This document shows, piece by piece, positions 1 through 24,581 of a stretch of DNA of 64,000 nt; position 1 is the first letter of the stretch, and every line of letters begins with the position of its first letter. The position numbers and the translations under genes were made by a program. The stretch lies in NCBI RefSeq assembly GCF_009914755.1, contig NC_060929.1, one strand, 5' to 3'. Origin of the DNA: the human T2T-CHM13v2.0 reference genome, Homo sapiens. Below the pieces are notes generated by a model. That model searched no databases and was not told the origin of the DNA. It worked only from the letters and a program-made list of their open reading frames with translations.

Positions 1-510
1 CATCTGTTGAGAGACACTTGTAAAAAATTATGAGACTCTGTCTTCTGCAACCACATATATGGAACTAGAGGTCATTATGTTAAATGAAATAAGCCAGGCA
101 CAGTAGGACAACCTGCATATTCTTGCTTATTTGTGGGAGCTAAAAATTAAAACAATTGAACTCATGGAGATACAGAGTAGAATGATGGTTACTAGAGGCT
201 TGAAAGGGCAATAGGGTGATGAGGAGGAAATAGGGGTTGTCAATGGGTACAAAAAATGGAAAGAATGAATAAGTTCTGGTATTTGATGGCATGACAGAGT
301 GCCTATAGTCAATAATAATTTCTTGTACTTTTACAAATAACTAAAGGGTATAATTGGATTGTTTGTAACACAAAAGTTAAATGCTTGAGGTATTCAATAC
401 CTCATTTACCCTGATGTAATTATTACACATTGAATGCCTGTATCAAAATATCCCACATACCTGATAAATATATACACCTACTATGTATACTCAAAAGTTG
501 ACATTTTAAA
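1..510 (+). mobile_element. 3' end of old LINE-1 (L1MA-type)
   Basis: Motifs ggaactagaggtcattatgttaaatgaaataagccaggcacag, gagtagaatgatggttactagaggc and cctcatttaccctgatgtaattattacacattg are typical of L1MA 3' UTRs. Confidence 0.75.
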
Positions 511-534
511 ATTTTTTAAAAATCACACTGTTGT

Positions 535-9845
<9,311 letters not shown>

Positions 9846-11208
9846 AAATATCAGACTGTTGAGGAGGAAAAAAATGTGAGTTTTGTGAGTATCCACAGAA
9901 ACGTGCAATCCCATCATCATAAGATTATGCCAGAGTACAGGGGGTCATGACCAAAGGGAGGCCAAGAGGTTTCTGGGAGTAAAGATTCTTCCCATGGAGG
10001 GCCTTTTCTGGACCTACCACTAGAAGTGAGGAAAAACTAACCTACATAGCCAGACAAGAATTGAAGGCCAAAATTGTAGATGAGTCTGTTTAGTGGTGGT
10101 TTAAAAATCATGTATTGAGCTGCTATGTAGGAAAATTTCTGACATTCTGAATAACTAAGATTGTGAACAGCAAAAGAAATGAGTACCTTCATTTATCTTC
10201 ACTTTATTAATAATATAAACATGGAAGAAATATAATTTTTGTACTTAAGAATAAAGATCTGTTTAAAATTGGCACCAATAAAAAAATAAAAGCTTGAAAA
10301 GTGGGAAAAGGTCACACTAATTACACTCAGAAGCTGGGTTTCAATCTATTGATTAAGCCAAAAATATATTGAAGGCAATTTAAAAATAGTGAGCAAGTTT
10401 TTGAGAATGAAATGTGTATCTATTTCTAAAGTCTTACTATTTAAAATTATACTCAATCATAATTTCCCCCAAATCAGTGAATTATGGTTTTGGCTAAAGA
10501 CAATATCTTACTTCTTTAAATCCTTCCAAAATCTTGCAATTATATCTGAAATTTAATGATTTATTTAATTACATTATAAATCCACTATCATAATTGCTTA
10601 CCTATTATGTATTATTATGCTAGATGCTGGGTTACTAGAAATATAATTCAGACATGATTCTTCAGTATCAATTATCTCAGCATTTAATGGAAGTGAGAAT
10701 CACATACACAATAGACTATAATAATATATAAATTGCAATTATTTTTCACAATAAATCTGTAAAGTTTTTTTCAACCACAAAAGACTACTTTGAGTTAACA
10801 TTGTCCCCATAGTACTCTTGGAAAAATCAAAATGTTTTATTCTATTATCTCCCATAAATACAGTAGCAAAATGACCTTTAGTCCTGAGACATAAGACAGC
10901 TACTATTTGATGGACTATAAGATGTCAGGTGTGAATATTATACTAGAATATTTGAGTGAAGTAATTGTAGAGAAATCCTCTGGGCAGGAAAGGAGCAAGA
11001 GGGAAACAGTAAATGCCTAGAGAAAATGGAGGAAAGAAGATAAATCCTATGGGGAACAAAATAAAAATAAAGAGGAAATAAACTTCATATACACCACCCA
11101 GGTTTGCCTAAATCCATCTTTTGTTTTCAAGGAATATAATTTGAATCATCAGTCAACTGAATCTAACTTTTATTTCAGTTGTTTTAAAATTATTGATAAA
11201 AATTTTCT

Positions 11209-11498
11209 GGCTGGGCGCAGTGGTTCACGAATGCAATCCCAGCACTTTGGAAGGCAAACGTGGTGGATCACTTGAGGTCAGGAGTTTGAGACCAGCCTGG
11301 CCAACATGGCAAAACCCCAGCTCTACTAAAAATACAAAACTTAGCCAGGCATGGTGGCGAGTGCCTGTAGTCCCAGCTACTCAGGAGGCTGAGGCAGGAG
11401 AAAGGCTTGAAGCAGAAGAGGAGGTTACAGTGAGCAGGGATCACGCCACTGCACCGCAGCCTGGGTGACAGAGTGACACCTGGCCTCAAAAAATAAAT
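11209..11498 (+). mobile_element. Alu (AluS-like)
   Basis: ggctgggcgcagtggttcac...gaggtcaggagtttgagaccagcctggccaacatgg...gcctgggtgacagag plus A-rich tail. Confidence 0.92.
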
Positions 11499-11635
11499 CA
11501 TGCTATATTCTTCCAAAATTTGTAAAATTTAAAATTAGTTGCTATTTCTAAATATTAACTTTGAGTAGAATGCTTATTACTATATGTAGACAGTGACACT
11601 TAAAAATATTACTCATCAAAGTAAAAAACAATCTA

Positions 11636-11938
<303 letters not shown>

Positions 11939-12674
11939 TCAATAACTACACAGTGTACTTATAATAATTGTTAAAAGACCATAATAAACTAATATATCTA
12001 AATGTGTTCATTAAAAAATGGGTTTACCATGAGTAGACTGCATAAAATACAGTTCAAAGAATAAAAAATATAGATAGCTAATAATTATATATAGAACAAC
12101 TTTGCAATTTACTTAGCAGTCAATGGAATGTAAATTAATTCAATGAGATACTATTTTCCATATCATATTCAAAAGGAACCTTTTGATATACAACTCCATT
12201 CTAGTGTGTGACACTTTCATTTATTGTTCATAGGAATCCAAGAAAGTTATTAATATATCTTATGGAGAATAATTTGGACATCTGTCCCAAAAACTCTGAA
12301 AGAAACTTCACAGTCTTTCACTTGGTAATTTAATTTTATTAGCCTACTCTAAAGAAACAGGAGTGTTGATAGAGATTTTATGTATGAGAATAACAATTCA
12401 ACATTACTTATAATTAACTGTGAACAATTAGAAACAAATTTAATAACCAACAATACAGAAATGTTTCAATAAATGAACTTACCCCAACCAAAATATAAAT
12501 TTTAATATTATGTAATGAAAATGAAAAATGTTTATGATAAATGGTAACTGTGAATTTGCTTTTATATTTAATTAAATTTATTATTATAAAGTTATGCATA
12601 CTATATGCGCTAATACGATATACAATTTAAATAGTGGCAAAAATAAAATCTGTTTCTCTTCGGTTCTCTTTTCA

Positions 12675-12851
<177 letters not shown>

Positions 12852-15800
12852 TTAATGGAAAATAATAATAATAATCAACTTTTAATGTGAAAAAATGAAA
12901 TAGGTCAGAGGAAATGCATGTCTGCATTACCAGATACATTTATTTTCAATAAAGATTAGTATTGCTTCTCATTATGGTAAAAATATGCAAAGAAGAGACA
13001 CATTTTGGTAATATGTTTGAGTTCAGAGTAGTGCTCTGACGAATCTGAGTAATAAATATCACATATAATCACATTTCTTCATAGATCCTGAACAACAAGC
13101 AATCAGGGGCTCTGGTTCTAGAGTACCCCCAAAAACTCACAATAGGTTTTAATGTTTAACCTCTTGCAACTGATTCCACAAGGTGAATTTCAAGAGAGTG
13201 TTTTCTTCTCAAAACACAGCAATTTTTTAAAAACGGCCTTCTTCTAAGATACTCCAAAGATTCAACACTCTTTGATTTTGGAAAAAGTAAAATTTCTCAA
13301 AATAAAATTTATATTTCACATGAATGAAAGACTAGTTTTTTTTAATATTATAAAAACTGGGAAATCATACAAGAATTTGTTAGTTATAAATGTACATATA
13401 TTTTGAAGGTTTTGAAAATTACATATTTGTGATACTTTTACTAAATGAAAAATAGTTTGAAAGAGAACTAATAAGAGAACAAATTAAAAATTACTTTGGT
13501 CATAGCTGTTTATTGCCTTGATTTGTAGACCATTAATAAATTTAAAAGTTAGTATATTTTACAAGATTATTTGAATTTCACAACTGTGATATTTCAGGCC
13601 CATAAGTTCAAGGTCATCATCATTTTCTAAATCAGACCATTCTTATTATGAAAATTAAAGACAATTCTTCATATTAAATAGGGCTTTACAGAGGTCAATG
13701 TGCTTTCACATAAATTATTTCATTTGATTTGAAAAACAATTTTTGACACATTTAAGATTTTTCAAGACCTTTTTTCATACTAGAAAACTGAGACATAAAT
13801 AGGTCAGAGGGACTTGTCCAAGTTCCCTTTTTAAGCTAGATTAGTTGTAACTCAAGTTTTCTCCCACCAAGAAGTATTTTCTGTCTTGCAATTCTGCTTT
13901 TCTAAACCATTACATAAATGTCAATATTTAACCTTAGTGTGGCAGGTGCTGCCTATTGCCTACCTAATACTATTTGTCTCCTTTTCTAATGGAACATGAA
14001 TTTTGTTCAAAATGGCAATATGCTCAATTAAGTTAGCCCCCTCAAGATGGAATTCTCTGTATCTTGATTGGAGTAGTGATTACATGAGTGTATACATTTG
14101 CCCAAGGTCATAGACCTGTGTACATTAATGTATGAAGTTCATTGTATCTAATTTATATTTCAGTAAGTTTGATTTAAAATTGACTGCCTAGACTCCCTTG
14201 AAGCTTGGAATAGCCATACAGTGCAGATTGGTTAATGAGCTAGAAAAGGAAGCATATTATGAAGACTTCCAGGTAAGCTATTATTTTTCTGGTTAAGAAA
14301 AAATTTTAAAATTAAATAACAGGTGTTATTTTTCTCCTTTGCGCATCCTCTTCCTCCTGCTTGTAATGCATATATTCCATGATACCATAAGGCACAGCAG
14401 CCTTCTTTCAACAAGGAGGATAAAAATCACCTGCTATACATGACAGAAAAGGAAGCTAGAAGAAGCTTGGACCTTGAAGATTTCCTTAAGTACTCACATC
14501 AGCACTGCACTACTTGTCATGTGCAATAAAGAAAGCTATTTGGTTATGCAATTGTAGTCAGGTTTCTGCCAAATAAGACAAAATCCTAATTGATGCACTT
14601 AACATGATGCTTATGAACATGAACTTTAGAGTTGGAAACATCAAGATGAAATCTTAGCTCTGCCACTAATTAGGCATATGTTATAGGGCAATTTATGTAC
14701 CCTACCTCAGTCTTAATTTACTTGTCTATAAAGAAAATACAGCAAAACTCACTTTTTAGAGATTATTGTGAGATTTGAATGAAATACTCTATGTAAAATG
14801 ACAAGGTTCAGAATGCTAAATTGAATTCCAAACATACTATTTCTTTGACATAAAAAAGATATGAGTTTGATAATGTCTTCATTAAAGTCATAGAGTGACT
14901 GGAAGGAGAAGTCTATCCAGATGACCACCAAGATGGAGAATAAGTCATTCCCCAGACTACTTATCATTTATACTTCATATTACGGTCAATTAAAAGAGAG
15001 GATACTCATAGAGTTCGTAAAACTTCTTTTCCCCTGAATATATTTCATAATCAGAAGGTTTTGATTCTTCTTTTCTCTTTCAAGTCTGGAAAATTGTAGC
15101 TAACCTAGGATAGTCTCATTGAACTATGGATTGAAAAAGATCCATCAGTGTTAGCCACCTACGGTAGAGAAATGCTTCACCAGCAACACACTATTTTCAA
15201 TTAATGCTGCTGATCACAAAATTATCTGTGAATGAAAATGCTTTCGTCAAAAACAGAAACATCAATACTTATAAACTGGAGTTTGTCGAAAACAAAAGTA
15301 AAATTGAAAATCAATGCACATAGAAAGGAATTCAAATTGGATTAGGCTAGAAATTTTCATACAGCACTAGCTTCTTTGTGAACTCATTATAATTCAGAAA
15401 GTCTCAAGTATCAGCATATTGACTTGGTTTTACATTGCCATGAAATTAAAGTTGTACAAAATAATATGTAACTATTATAGATTTGCTCTAATTTTGTAAA
15501 TAAAGAAACTGAGCCAGAGTTTTACTGGCTTGTCTAAAATAACAATATATACATACACACATGCACACATTTATAGAAGTTAGGAACATCAGCATTTAAA
15601 AGTTTTCCTAGGTTCTTCTTACTCCTCTATATCCATTTCCTCAATTAGTGGATTTTAATTTTTAAATGGAATTAAAATGTCTCTAAGTAGCAACCCTTGC
15701 CAACTTATTTCAACATTGCGACAAATATTCCAGAAAGCATTGACAATGTCAAAAATCCACATGATCCCGAAAACAGAAAGAGACATCACTAATAATAGCA

Positions 15801-16718
15801 ACTTAAAGGGAATTTCCATAAACCATAAAGTTGATAAAGCTGAAAGCAATAAGGAGCACCCACATGCCACTTCTTGAAACACAGCAGCCTTGTTTTCCCC
15901 AAAAAAAGTAAAAGAAAAAACTTTTTTTAAAAATAATAATCTCTACTGTTTACCCTATTTTGCATAGAATCAGAGAAAGTGCAGCCAATCCTTTATCTTA
16001 AGGTACTGATTTTTTTTTTAAGTAGTGAGAGTATTATTTGAGTTCATTCTCATCTCTCCATATTTTTTCAGAGATGATAACATCCTGGTAATGAAAAGGG
16101 TAGTATACAGTGTCTATAGGCATGTGGGATGGGAGAAGGTGGGAAGAGGGATGATAAAATTGGAATACAGAAGTGCATTTTTTCCTCACAGGTAAACTAT
16201 CCAAGAGTAAGGAGAACACAGGAAGCTGCCTGATAATTTTACACATTGAGTGTTGTAATTTTTACCAACTTTGTTATGAATGCTGTGAACACAAACCTCT
16301 TATTTAAAAATACAGTTTTTATATATTTCTCCTGGTTCTAGAATAAGTAACTGGAAAATGAAGAAGAGGGAACTATATAAGACTAAGGAAAATAGATTAC
16401 AGCAAAGGCTAAAGAGAGTATCAGTCTCAGTACTCAGAGAGGGTCATAATTCTGAAAATGATTTCTTACAGGAACCAGAAGTTATTTTTACAAGACATTT
16501 ATGCATCTTTAATAAAGCCCAGGAATAATAAACCACAAAGAAAAGCCTTGATGCCGAGATGAAAGGTAGTAGAGTAAGGTAGGAGATTGCAAAGAAATTA
16601 AAATGTAAAAATATAATTAAAATCCATAGTTGAGGAAGTTAACTACAGAAATAACAGAGAAAAGTCTTTCATAATTTAGAGGAAAATGCAGAAAGCATAC
16701 CTATTCCTATCTAATTAC

Positions 16719-16847
16719 AGAAGGAAGGAACAAGGAAGGAAGGAAGGAAGGGAGGGAGGGAAAAAGAAAGGAAGGAAGGGAGGAAGGGAGGAAGGGAGGA
16801 AGGGAGGAAGGGAGGAAGGGAGGAAGGTGGGTGGGTGAAGGGAGGGA
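16719..16847 (+). repeat. Purine-rich (GGAA)n/(GGAAGGGA)n simple repeat
   Basis: Visible GGAA and GGAAGGGA arrays. Confidence 0.9.
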
Positions 16848-19800
16848 GAAAAATTTATAGTTATGAAGTAAATGGGGCCCAACTAAAGAAAAATATTTCT
16901 AATAACAAAAAGTCCAAAATTTAATGCAAGTATTCATGAGAAATACATGGGTTTTCCCACCATAATGTAAAAAATAAAATAAAAATAAATAAAAACCCCT
17001 AAGCACAGAGAGGCAGAAGTTGGGAACACATATGAACTATGAGTAGTCAATACAAGACCTTGAAAAAATGTAGACCAGCAGCCATAGTATTTGTGCAGAG
17101 CTTCTCAAAGTGAAGTTTCTCTCTAGGTAAAGCACAGGATTTGCCTCAATAGGCTCCTAACATGGACAAGAAAGGGTGCCAGTTAACTCCTGCCTACTAA
17201 ATCACAAAGATGTTCCTAAAAAATTCTGGACTGAAAATTAAACATATAAAAACAAGAGGACTGACGACTTCGAACATCTCATCATAACTGTGTTAGGAAA
17301 CAACATAGCAACATTTAGAAATTTGAAGGGGGAATTAAACAAAAAATAAACACTGTTATCATAGAAGTCTATTACCAGATAAAATGTACATCATACTTTT
17401 TAGAGAAAAAAGAAATGGTGATAAATGTTATAGCCAGCCAAGGTTCGTATATAATCTTGGCCTTACCTAAGTAATCATAAAACATACTTAGAAATTTATT
17501 CAAGCTAAGAAAGAAATTAATAGTATTGAACAGTTTAAGAAAGGAAAATCCTAGTGTTAAATGGCTGCAGGTGAGTAGAAGAAAAATAGGTAAGTTTTAA
17601 TAAACAAAAATAATTTTATAAATATGACCAAATAATTAAATGCAGATATATAAATAATTATTTAAGGAGAAGACAGAACATCTGAAATAATTACTTAACT
17701 ATAATGTTATCAGAACTCAAGATTATATTAACAGACTAGGAAGGGGAGAATTAGTGTAAATAAATTTGTCTCAGTTGTTACTGCACATGGAGAAGAGGGC
17801 AGTTAGTATTTCATTCTTGATTTTTACTGCTTAGGGAAACTATTTTAAAGAATAAATTTACCTTGCCATTGCCTGATTTTTGTTACTCAGAAAAGATGGA
17901 TGACAAAAATGTAGGCTTTAGCCTGTCTGTTAAAAGGCTTTTTCTCCTGCTTACAGGACTTCATTCTTTGAGTTCCAGGGAAGCTGGTGTGGGAGAGTGA
18001 AGGGATGGAGCCTCAGACAAGCAATGACTGCCCTCTCATCAGGGAAGGCAGAGATGGGGCACTAACTGTTTCCCTCCACCCAGACCTATCAGGCGTTTCT
18101 GGCTGTTGATTGGCTGGTGGTAATTAATCCTACCAGCAGAATCTTTCAGTCATCATTTTTGTTTTTATTTTTTTCAATATAATGGCAATTTATGAGACAC
18201 TGATTGGGGCTGCAGCTTCCGTATCACATAAAACAGTTCTTACTGAATAATTTTAAGCTGAAGAGTGTTATAGTCACAGTTATGCTATAGCCCTGGCAGC
18301 ATAGTGTATGACAGATTGTTGAGGGGACGAACGCAAAGCAAGGAGACAAGTTAAAAAGCTACAATCGTCAAGAGACAATAAGAGCCCAAACCAAGGTTAT
18401 GACATTGGGAACAGAGAGCAGGGGAACAGTTTCGAAGTGTAATTAATGTACATACAACACCGTCAGATCCTGAATTGGATGGAGAAAGTGAGATGGAGAA
18501 GATAAGATGTCTGATTTGGTTAGCTGGAGGAAAGGACACGACGACGTGTACTGAGGTAGAAATTCAAGAGGCAGGAGCCTGACTGGGGGAAAAATTAGTT
18601 CAAATATGAACTGGCAGGACATGTAGTATCCAGGGAAGATCTACAGTCTAACAGATGTTTTTCATATTACTTATCTCATTTAAATTTTTCAAAAGCTCTT
18701 TGAGGTTGCTGTTATCTCGATATAACTGCTAAACAGACCCTGGGGTTCATAGGGGTTAAGCAACATTCAAAATTACACAGGTAGCAAAAGACAAGACTAA
18801 AATTCATGTCTTCTGGTTTCAGGTTGCATTGCTTTTTCGCTGTATGATAATGTAGCAGCATATATAGTGGGTATTTACCCTTGATACAGACTAAGTTATA
18901 ATTGGCTCCAGGGATCAAAGGATCAATAAGAAATCCAAGAAATGAATCAAGAAGCATCAAGGAAATAAACAAACAACGAAAACCTACATTGACATTTCAG
19001 TTCATAAGAAATGAAGGAGTACTGATGCAAACTTTTGTTGGAATGCTCTAGGTTAGACCATCACATGGACATCATAATTAGTAGGATCAAGGATATAAAT
19101 AATGTGGATATCAGTGATCTAGCTGAAAAGGAAGTGCCTTGCCGCCCATACAGTTAATTCCTTGTTTCATTCATTTCGATGCAAACACAAACAGTATGTC
19201 TGGAAAACACTTGCCATGTTCAAGACAGTTTTAAATTGTCAAGCTTTTTTTTGGAATACACTTATGGAGCATATTAAATCAGTTATTTTGTGTTGGAAGA
19301 TATAATTTTACGTCATACTGCTCGAATGAAATGCCATACTGCCTTTCTCAGCAGTCTTCATTGGCTAATAATTCAATTATAAACACAATTCATTATTTTC
19401 ATGTTAGATTAGAAAGTCTTTTGCGTTGACTTGAGCTATCTCCCCAGAGCAAATAGTGCCGTTTATAAAAGGCCAAACCACAGGGTGGAGCATTGAGAGT
19501 ATGAAGCATCATATAAAATTTAACTGCGTTAAGTGGAAATCTGCCTTCCAGCAAGCTGCTTATCTCCAGCTATGGGCAGATAAAGGCCAATGCATGGCAG
19601 CTGGGAGGGGACTCCTGCAGTCCCTTTTTCTTTACTTCATTGGCTTTTATAATTTATTGTCTTCAGTGTATTCTTTCCCCAGTTTTTCCCTGTCCCCCAG
19701 CGAGGCTGCTCTAATTCTGTGATTGCCTTCCTTGAGCCCTTTTGTGGATCCTGAACCTGCTGTTTTCCAAGCTCAGCTGAAACCATTTGCTTCTATTTGT

Positions 19801-22029
19801 TTCTTTTTGTACTGTAGGATCTTTATAAAAGGGGTTACTAGAAGTCATGCAGGGAGATACATGATGAATTATCTACTGACCAATAGCATCAGAAATGGGC
19901 ATATGAGTACATTTCAATTTCATGGGCACAAGCACAAGCCATTTTTGCCACTATAAATAAAATTTCTTCTGATATTTCAGTTGAATGGTCTCTCTTTGCT
20001 TTTAAATCTCGGAACATTTGTTCAACATTATGTTACTTTCCTGAAATGTACGGCAAATGAAATTGCTAAAGTTACTCCTGCTAATGGTCACTGGCATTGA
20101 ACTTTAGGTGTTAAACCAAAGGTGTCTTCCACCAAGTGTCACAATTTTAAGACTATTTAGTCCAGCAAATCCTGATGAAGTCTTAATGCATCATCAGGGC
20201 CTGGTGCCTCAATATTTCTTTTTCATTCTGAATACATGCAGTTCATTTTCTTAATTTTTTGCATGTACCCAGTAGTATCTTAGGAGTACATAAGACCAAT
20301 ATTAAAGATTCTCTAGAAATATAAAATCATTTCTGGTTTTATTTTGGTAATTATATTACAGTGTATATTGTTTATCTGGAGTTATGGCCTCTTGAAACCT
20401 ATACAGGCCTTTATATAAATAAATATTTTGTAAGGAGAAAAGTTGATTTTAAAATATTTGGTATAATGTTATTATTAACAGAATAGTTAATCAAATTGCT
20501 AACCTAAAAACACAAATTATTCTTTTAATGTCAATAGTTTTTGTTTGCTAGAGCCAACTAATCTTTTTTAAAAAAAAGATTAAATCTTTTCCTTAAAATA
20601 AAAAAAGTAACTATATAAAACAGAATCAAAACTATTTGGCAGTACTGTTTAAAGCAATTATTGTTTTCCTTTCTATTATGAGCAGTCATTGTATTTTTCA
20701 CTTTACTCTTCTGTTCATTGAGCATTGTCTAAACACTGCTATCCCCTTCTTCACTTGATAATTTCCAAAATATCCTCCCAGAAAAAGTCAGGATTCAGTG
20801 ACAGGCTGTCTCAAAGCAGTTATCTGCTTAACAATGCAACTAGAATGACAGTTGAATGATGCATTGGAGAGAGTGCTATATCGAAACTCTTAAAATCTGG
20901 TTCCACTCATCAATAAGCCTAATAAACTTGGCCTCAGTTTCTTTATTTTTAAAATAAGAAGAGTTTTGTATTGTCTCTAATGCCCTACATTTATAAAATA
21001 CTAAGTATTTAAAAAAACTGGTTCATTAATGTTTGCAACCTTAAACACAAATCATTAGTAAGTTAAATTAAATAGACGTGGATGCAATACAGCAAAATCT
21101 AAAAATCGGTTAAAGAAAGAATTGAATTCCACCATTCGATATTCTTAATCAGCTACATTTACTGTTTCTGCAATCATTTATACTTTTTATCTGGTAATTA
21201 TTAGAGTACTTTTTAAATAAATTTGACCAAGTCACACAATATTTATTTTTAGATGTTAAAATACAATTTCAGTTATGTTCTAAATCCAGTTAGAGTTTTC
21301 CAAGGGCTTACGTAGTTCTAGTTGTTTGTCATTTTGAAAAAGAAATTAAATATTTGAATCTCCTACAACTTACTTTCTATCTGAAAGAATCACCACAACT
21401 TCCAGAATAACCTAATTTGCACCAATGAGAACCTCTAAATTTTGTTTTTAGGAGCTCTGTATTAAAATATACTAAGTAAAATTATATTAAGTGCTATTTA
21501 TAGTAAATATCTATTTGCATTTTAGTTTCATATTTATAAATACTATTCTTTATTTTTAAAATGTAAAAAATATTGCAATCTTTGTCAAACTGCAATACTC
21601 AGTAGGTGTCTCCCATCACACTGTGAGACAGAACAAATTATTGATGAACTCTAATCTAAAGTGTTTTTAGGGAAATTAGGTAAACTTTAAGCCATCCTCC
21701 AAAATTCTTTACTTAATCTGGAATCCCACAAACTTCCAAATACAAGTTAGAAAATAACTTTTGTTCATAAAGAATGTTGCAGACTTTTAGAAGGGTCTAC
21801 AGTTGATTCTGAGGGACTTAGAATTTACATATACAAAGGCCTTTGGTGTAGAATGGGCTGCCAGAGACTGAAAACCAGCAACTAATTAAATAAATATATG
21901 TGGCAATTGCATTTTCAACTTGTTATGGCATTACAAGTTATTATTATTTTTATATTCATTGAAAAATAATTCAAAACTGTGATCCTCTTTAAATATTGGA
22001 AAAGAGTGCTCTCTGATCAGTTTCCTCAG

Positions 22030-24122
22030 AAATACTCCTCAACACAAAAAAGGTCATACATGGCAAGCCTACAACTGACATTATCCTCAATGGTGAAAAG
22101 TTGAAAGCATCTCTCTAAAATCAGGAACAAGACAAGAATGTTCACTCTCACCACTTTTATGTAACATAATACTAAAAGGCCTAGCCAGAGCAATTAGGCA
22201 AGAAAAAGAAAAAAAAGTCATCTAAACAGGAACGGAAACAATAAAACTATCTTTGTTTGCTGACCAAATGATCTTATATATAGAAAACCCTAAAATGTTT
22301 ATAAAAGCTAACCAAAAGACTGTTAGACTTTAAATGAATTCAGTAAAATTGAAATTTTCAGGTGATAAAATCAACATATTAAAATCAATAGCACTGCTAT
22401 ATACTAATGACAGAATATCTGAAGAAGATATTATGAAAACAATCTCATTTACAATAGCAAAAAATAAAAAAAATAAAGCCTAAGCAATTAAGTGGGAAGA
22501 TATTCCATGTTCATGGATAGGAAAAATTAATATTGATAAAATGTCCATACTACCCAAAGTAATTTACAGATTCAATGCAATTCCTATCAAAATTTTAATG
22601 TTATTCTTCACAAAAACAGACAAAAAATTTAAAATTTGTATGAAACCACAAAATTCCCTGAATATCCAAAGCAATCCTGAGCAAAAAGAAAAAAAGCTGG
22701 AAACATTGCAAAACTGGATTTTAAAGTGTATTACAAAGCTATAGTAATCAAAACAGCACGGCAATTGCATACAGACACATTTGCCAAATGGACAGAATAG
22801 AAAGACCAGAAGTAAATCCATGCATTTATGGTCAATTCATTTTTGACAGTTACCAAGAATACACAATAGAGAAAGAATAATCTCTTCAATACATGGTATT
22901 GGGAGAACTGAACATCCACAAGCAGAATTAAATTAGCCCCTTCTCTCACACTGTATAGAAAAGTTAACTCAAAATGGATTAAAGTCTACTTTAATTATAA
23001 AATGAAACATTAACAAAGTAAAGAGACAACCCACATATTTAAAGAAAATATGTGCAAACCATACATTTTTAACCCATATATTTAAAGAAAATATGTGAAA
23101 ACCATACATTTGGTAAAGAGTTAATATATAAAATATAGAAGGAACTGAAACAACTTAATAACAAGAAAACAAATAGCCCAATGAAAAAATGGGTAAAGGA
23201 CCTAAACAGACATTTCTCAAAAGAAGACATACTAATGGCCAACAGACATATGAAAATGTGCTCAACATCACTAATCATAAGGGAAAGGCAAAGTAAAACC
23301 ACAATGACATTATCACCTCACACCTGTTAGAATGGCTATTATCAAAAAGATGAAAGATAACAGATGTTGATGAGGATGTTCAGAAAAGGGAATCCTTTTA
23401 CATTATTGATGTAATAACAGTATGGAGATTCCTTGAAAATTGAAAATAGAACTACCATATGATCTAACAATCCCACTTCTATGTACATATCCCAAAAAAG
23501 TGAAATCAGTATGTTGAAGAGATAACTGAACTACGTTCATTGCAGCATTATTCACAATAGCCAAGATGTGTAATCAACCTACGTGTCACACTGACTGATG
23601 AATAAATAAAGTGTGGTATGTATACACAATGGAATACTATCCTGTCTTTAAGAAGAAGGAAGTTCTGTCATTCATAAAAACATGAATGGACATCGAGGCA
23701 TTATGCTAAATGAAATAAGCATAGTACAGAAAAATAAATACTGCATAACCTCACTTCTATGTGGAATCTATAAAAGCCGAACTTGCAGAACTAGGTAGTA
23801 GAATGGTATAAGGCTTGGGATGGGGAGTAAGGAAGATGGGCAAAAGAGGAGATGCCAGTCAAAGAGTGCAAAGTTTCAGTTAGACAGGAGGAATGAGTTC
23901 TAGTGATCTATTGTGCAGCATTGTGACTATGGTAAAAAAAATATATTTTGAAATTGCTAATAGAGTAAATTTTAATTGTTCTTACCACCAAAAAATGATA
24001 AGGATGTGAGGTGATGGATATGTTAATAAGCTTGACTTACTCATTCCACAAGATATACATATATCCTAACATATCATTATACCCCATAAATATATACAAT
24101 TATTATCTGTCAATTTAAAAAA
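22030..24122 (+). mobile_element. Old LINE-1 (L1MA7-9-like), 3' ORF2 plus 3' UTR, internally deleted
   Basis: ORF2 remnant [17 protein letters not shown]. 3' UTR gttagacaggaggaatgagttctagtgatctattg...gaggtgatggatatgttaat...ccccataaatatatacaattattat. Confidence 0.85.
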
Positions 24123-24229
24123 TCTTTCCTCCACTGAACTCATGCTGAAACTATGACTCTTCTTTTTCTCATCTTAAATTAACATATGTACAGGAGGAAA
24201 CTAATATTTGTCAGTCAAGATTTATTTTT

Positions 24230-24581
<352 letters not shown>

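Noticed and set aside
14749-15100. Protein-like minus-strand stretches suggesting a pseudogene
   Set aside because: No recognisable homology, stops in all frames, and no poly(A) or TSD.
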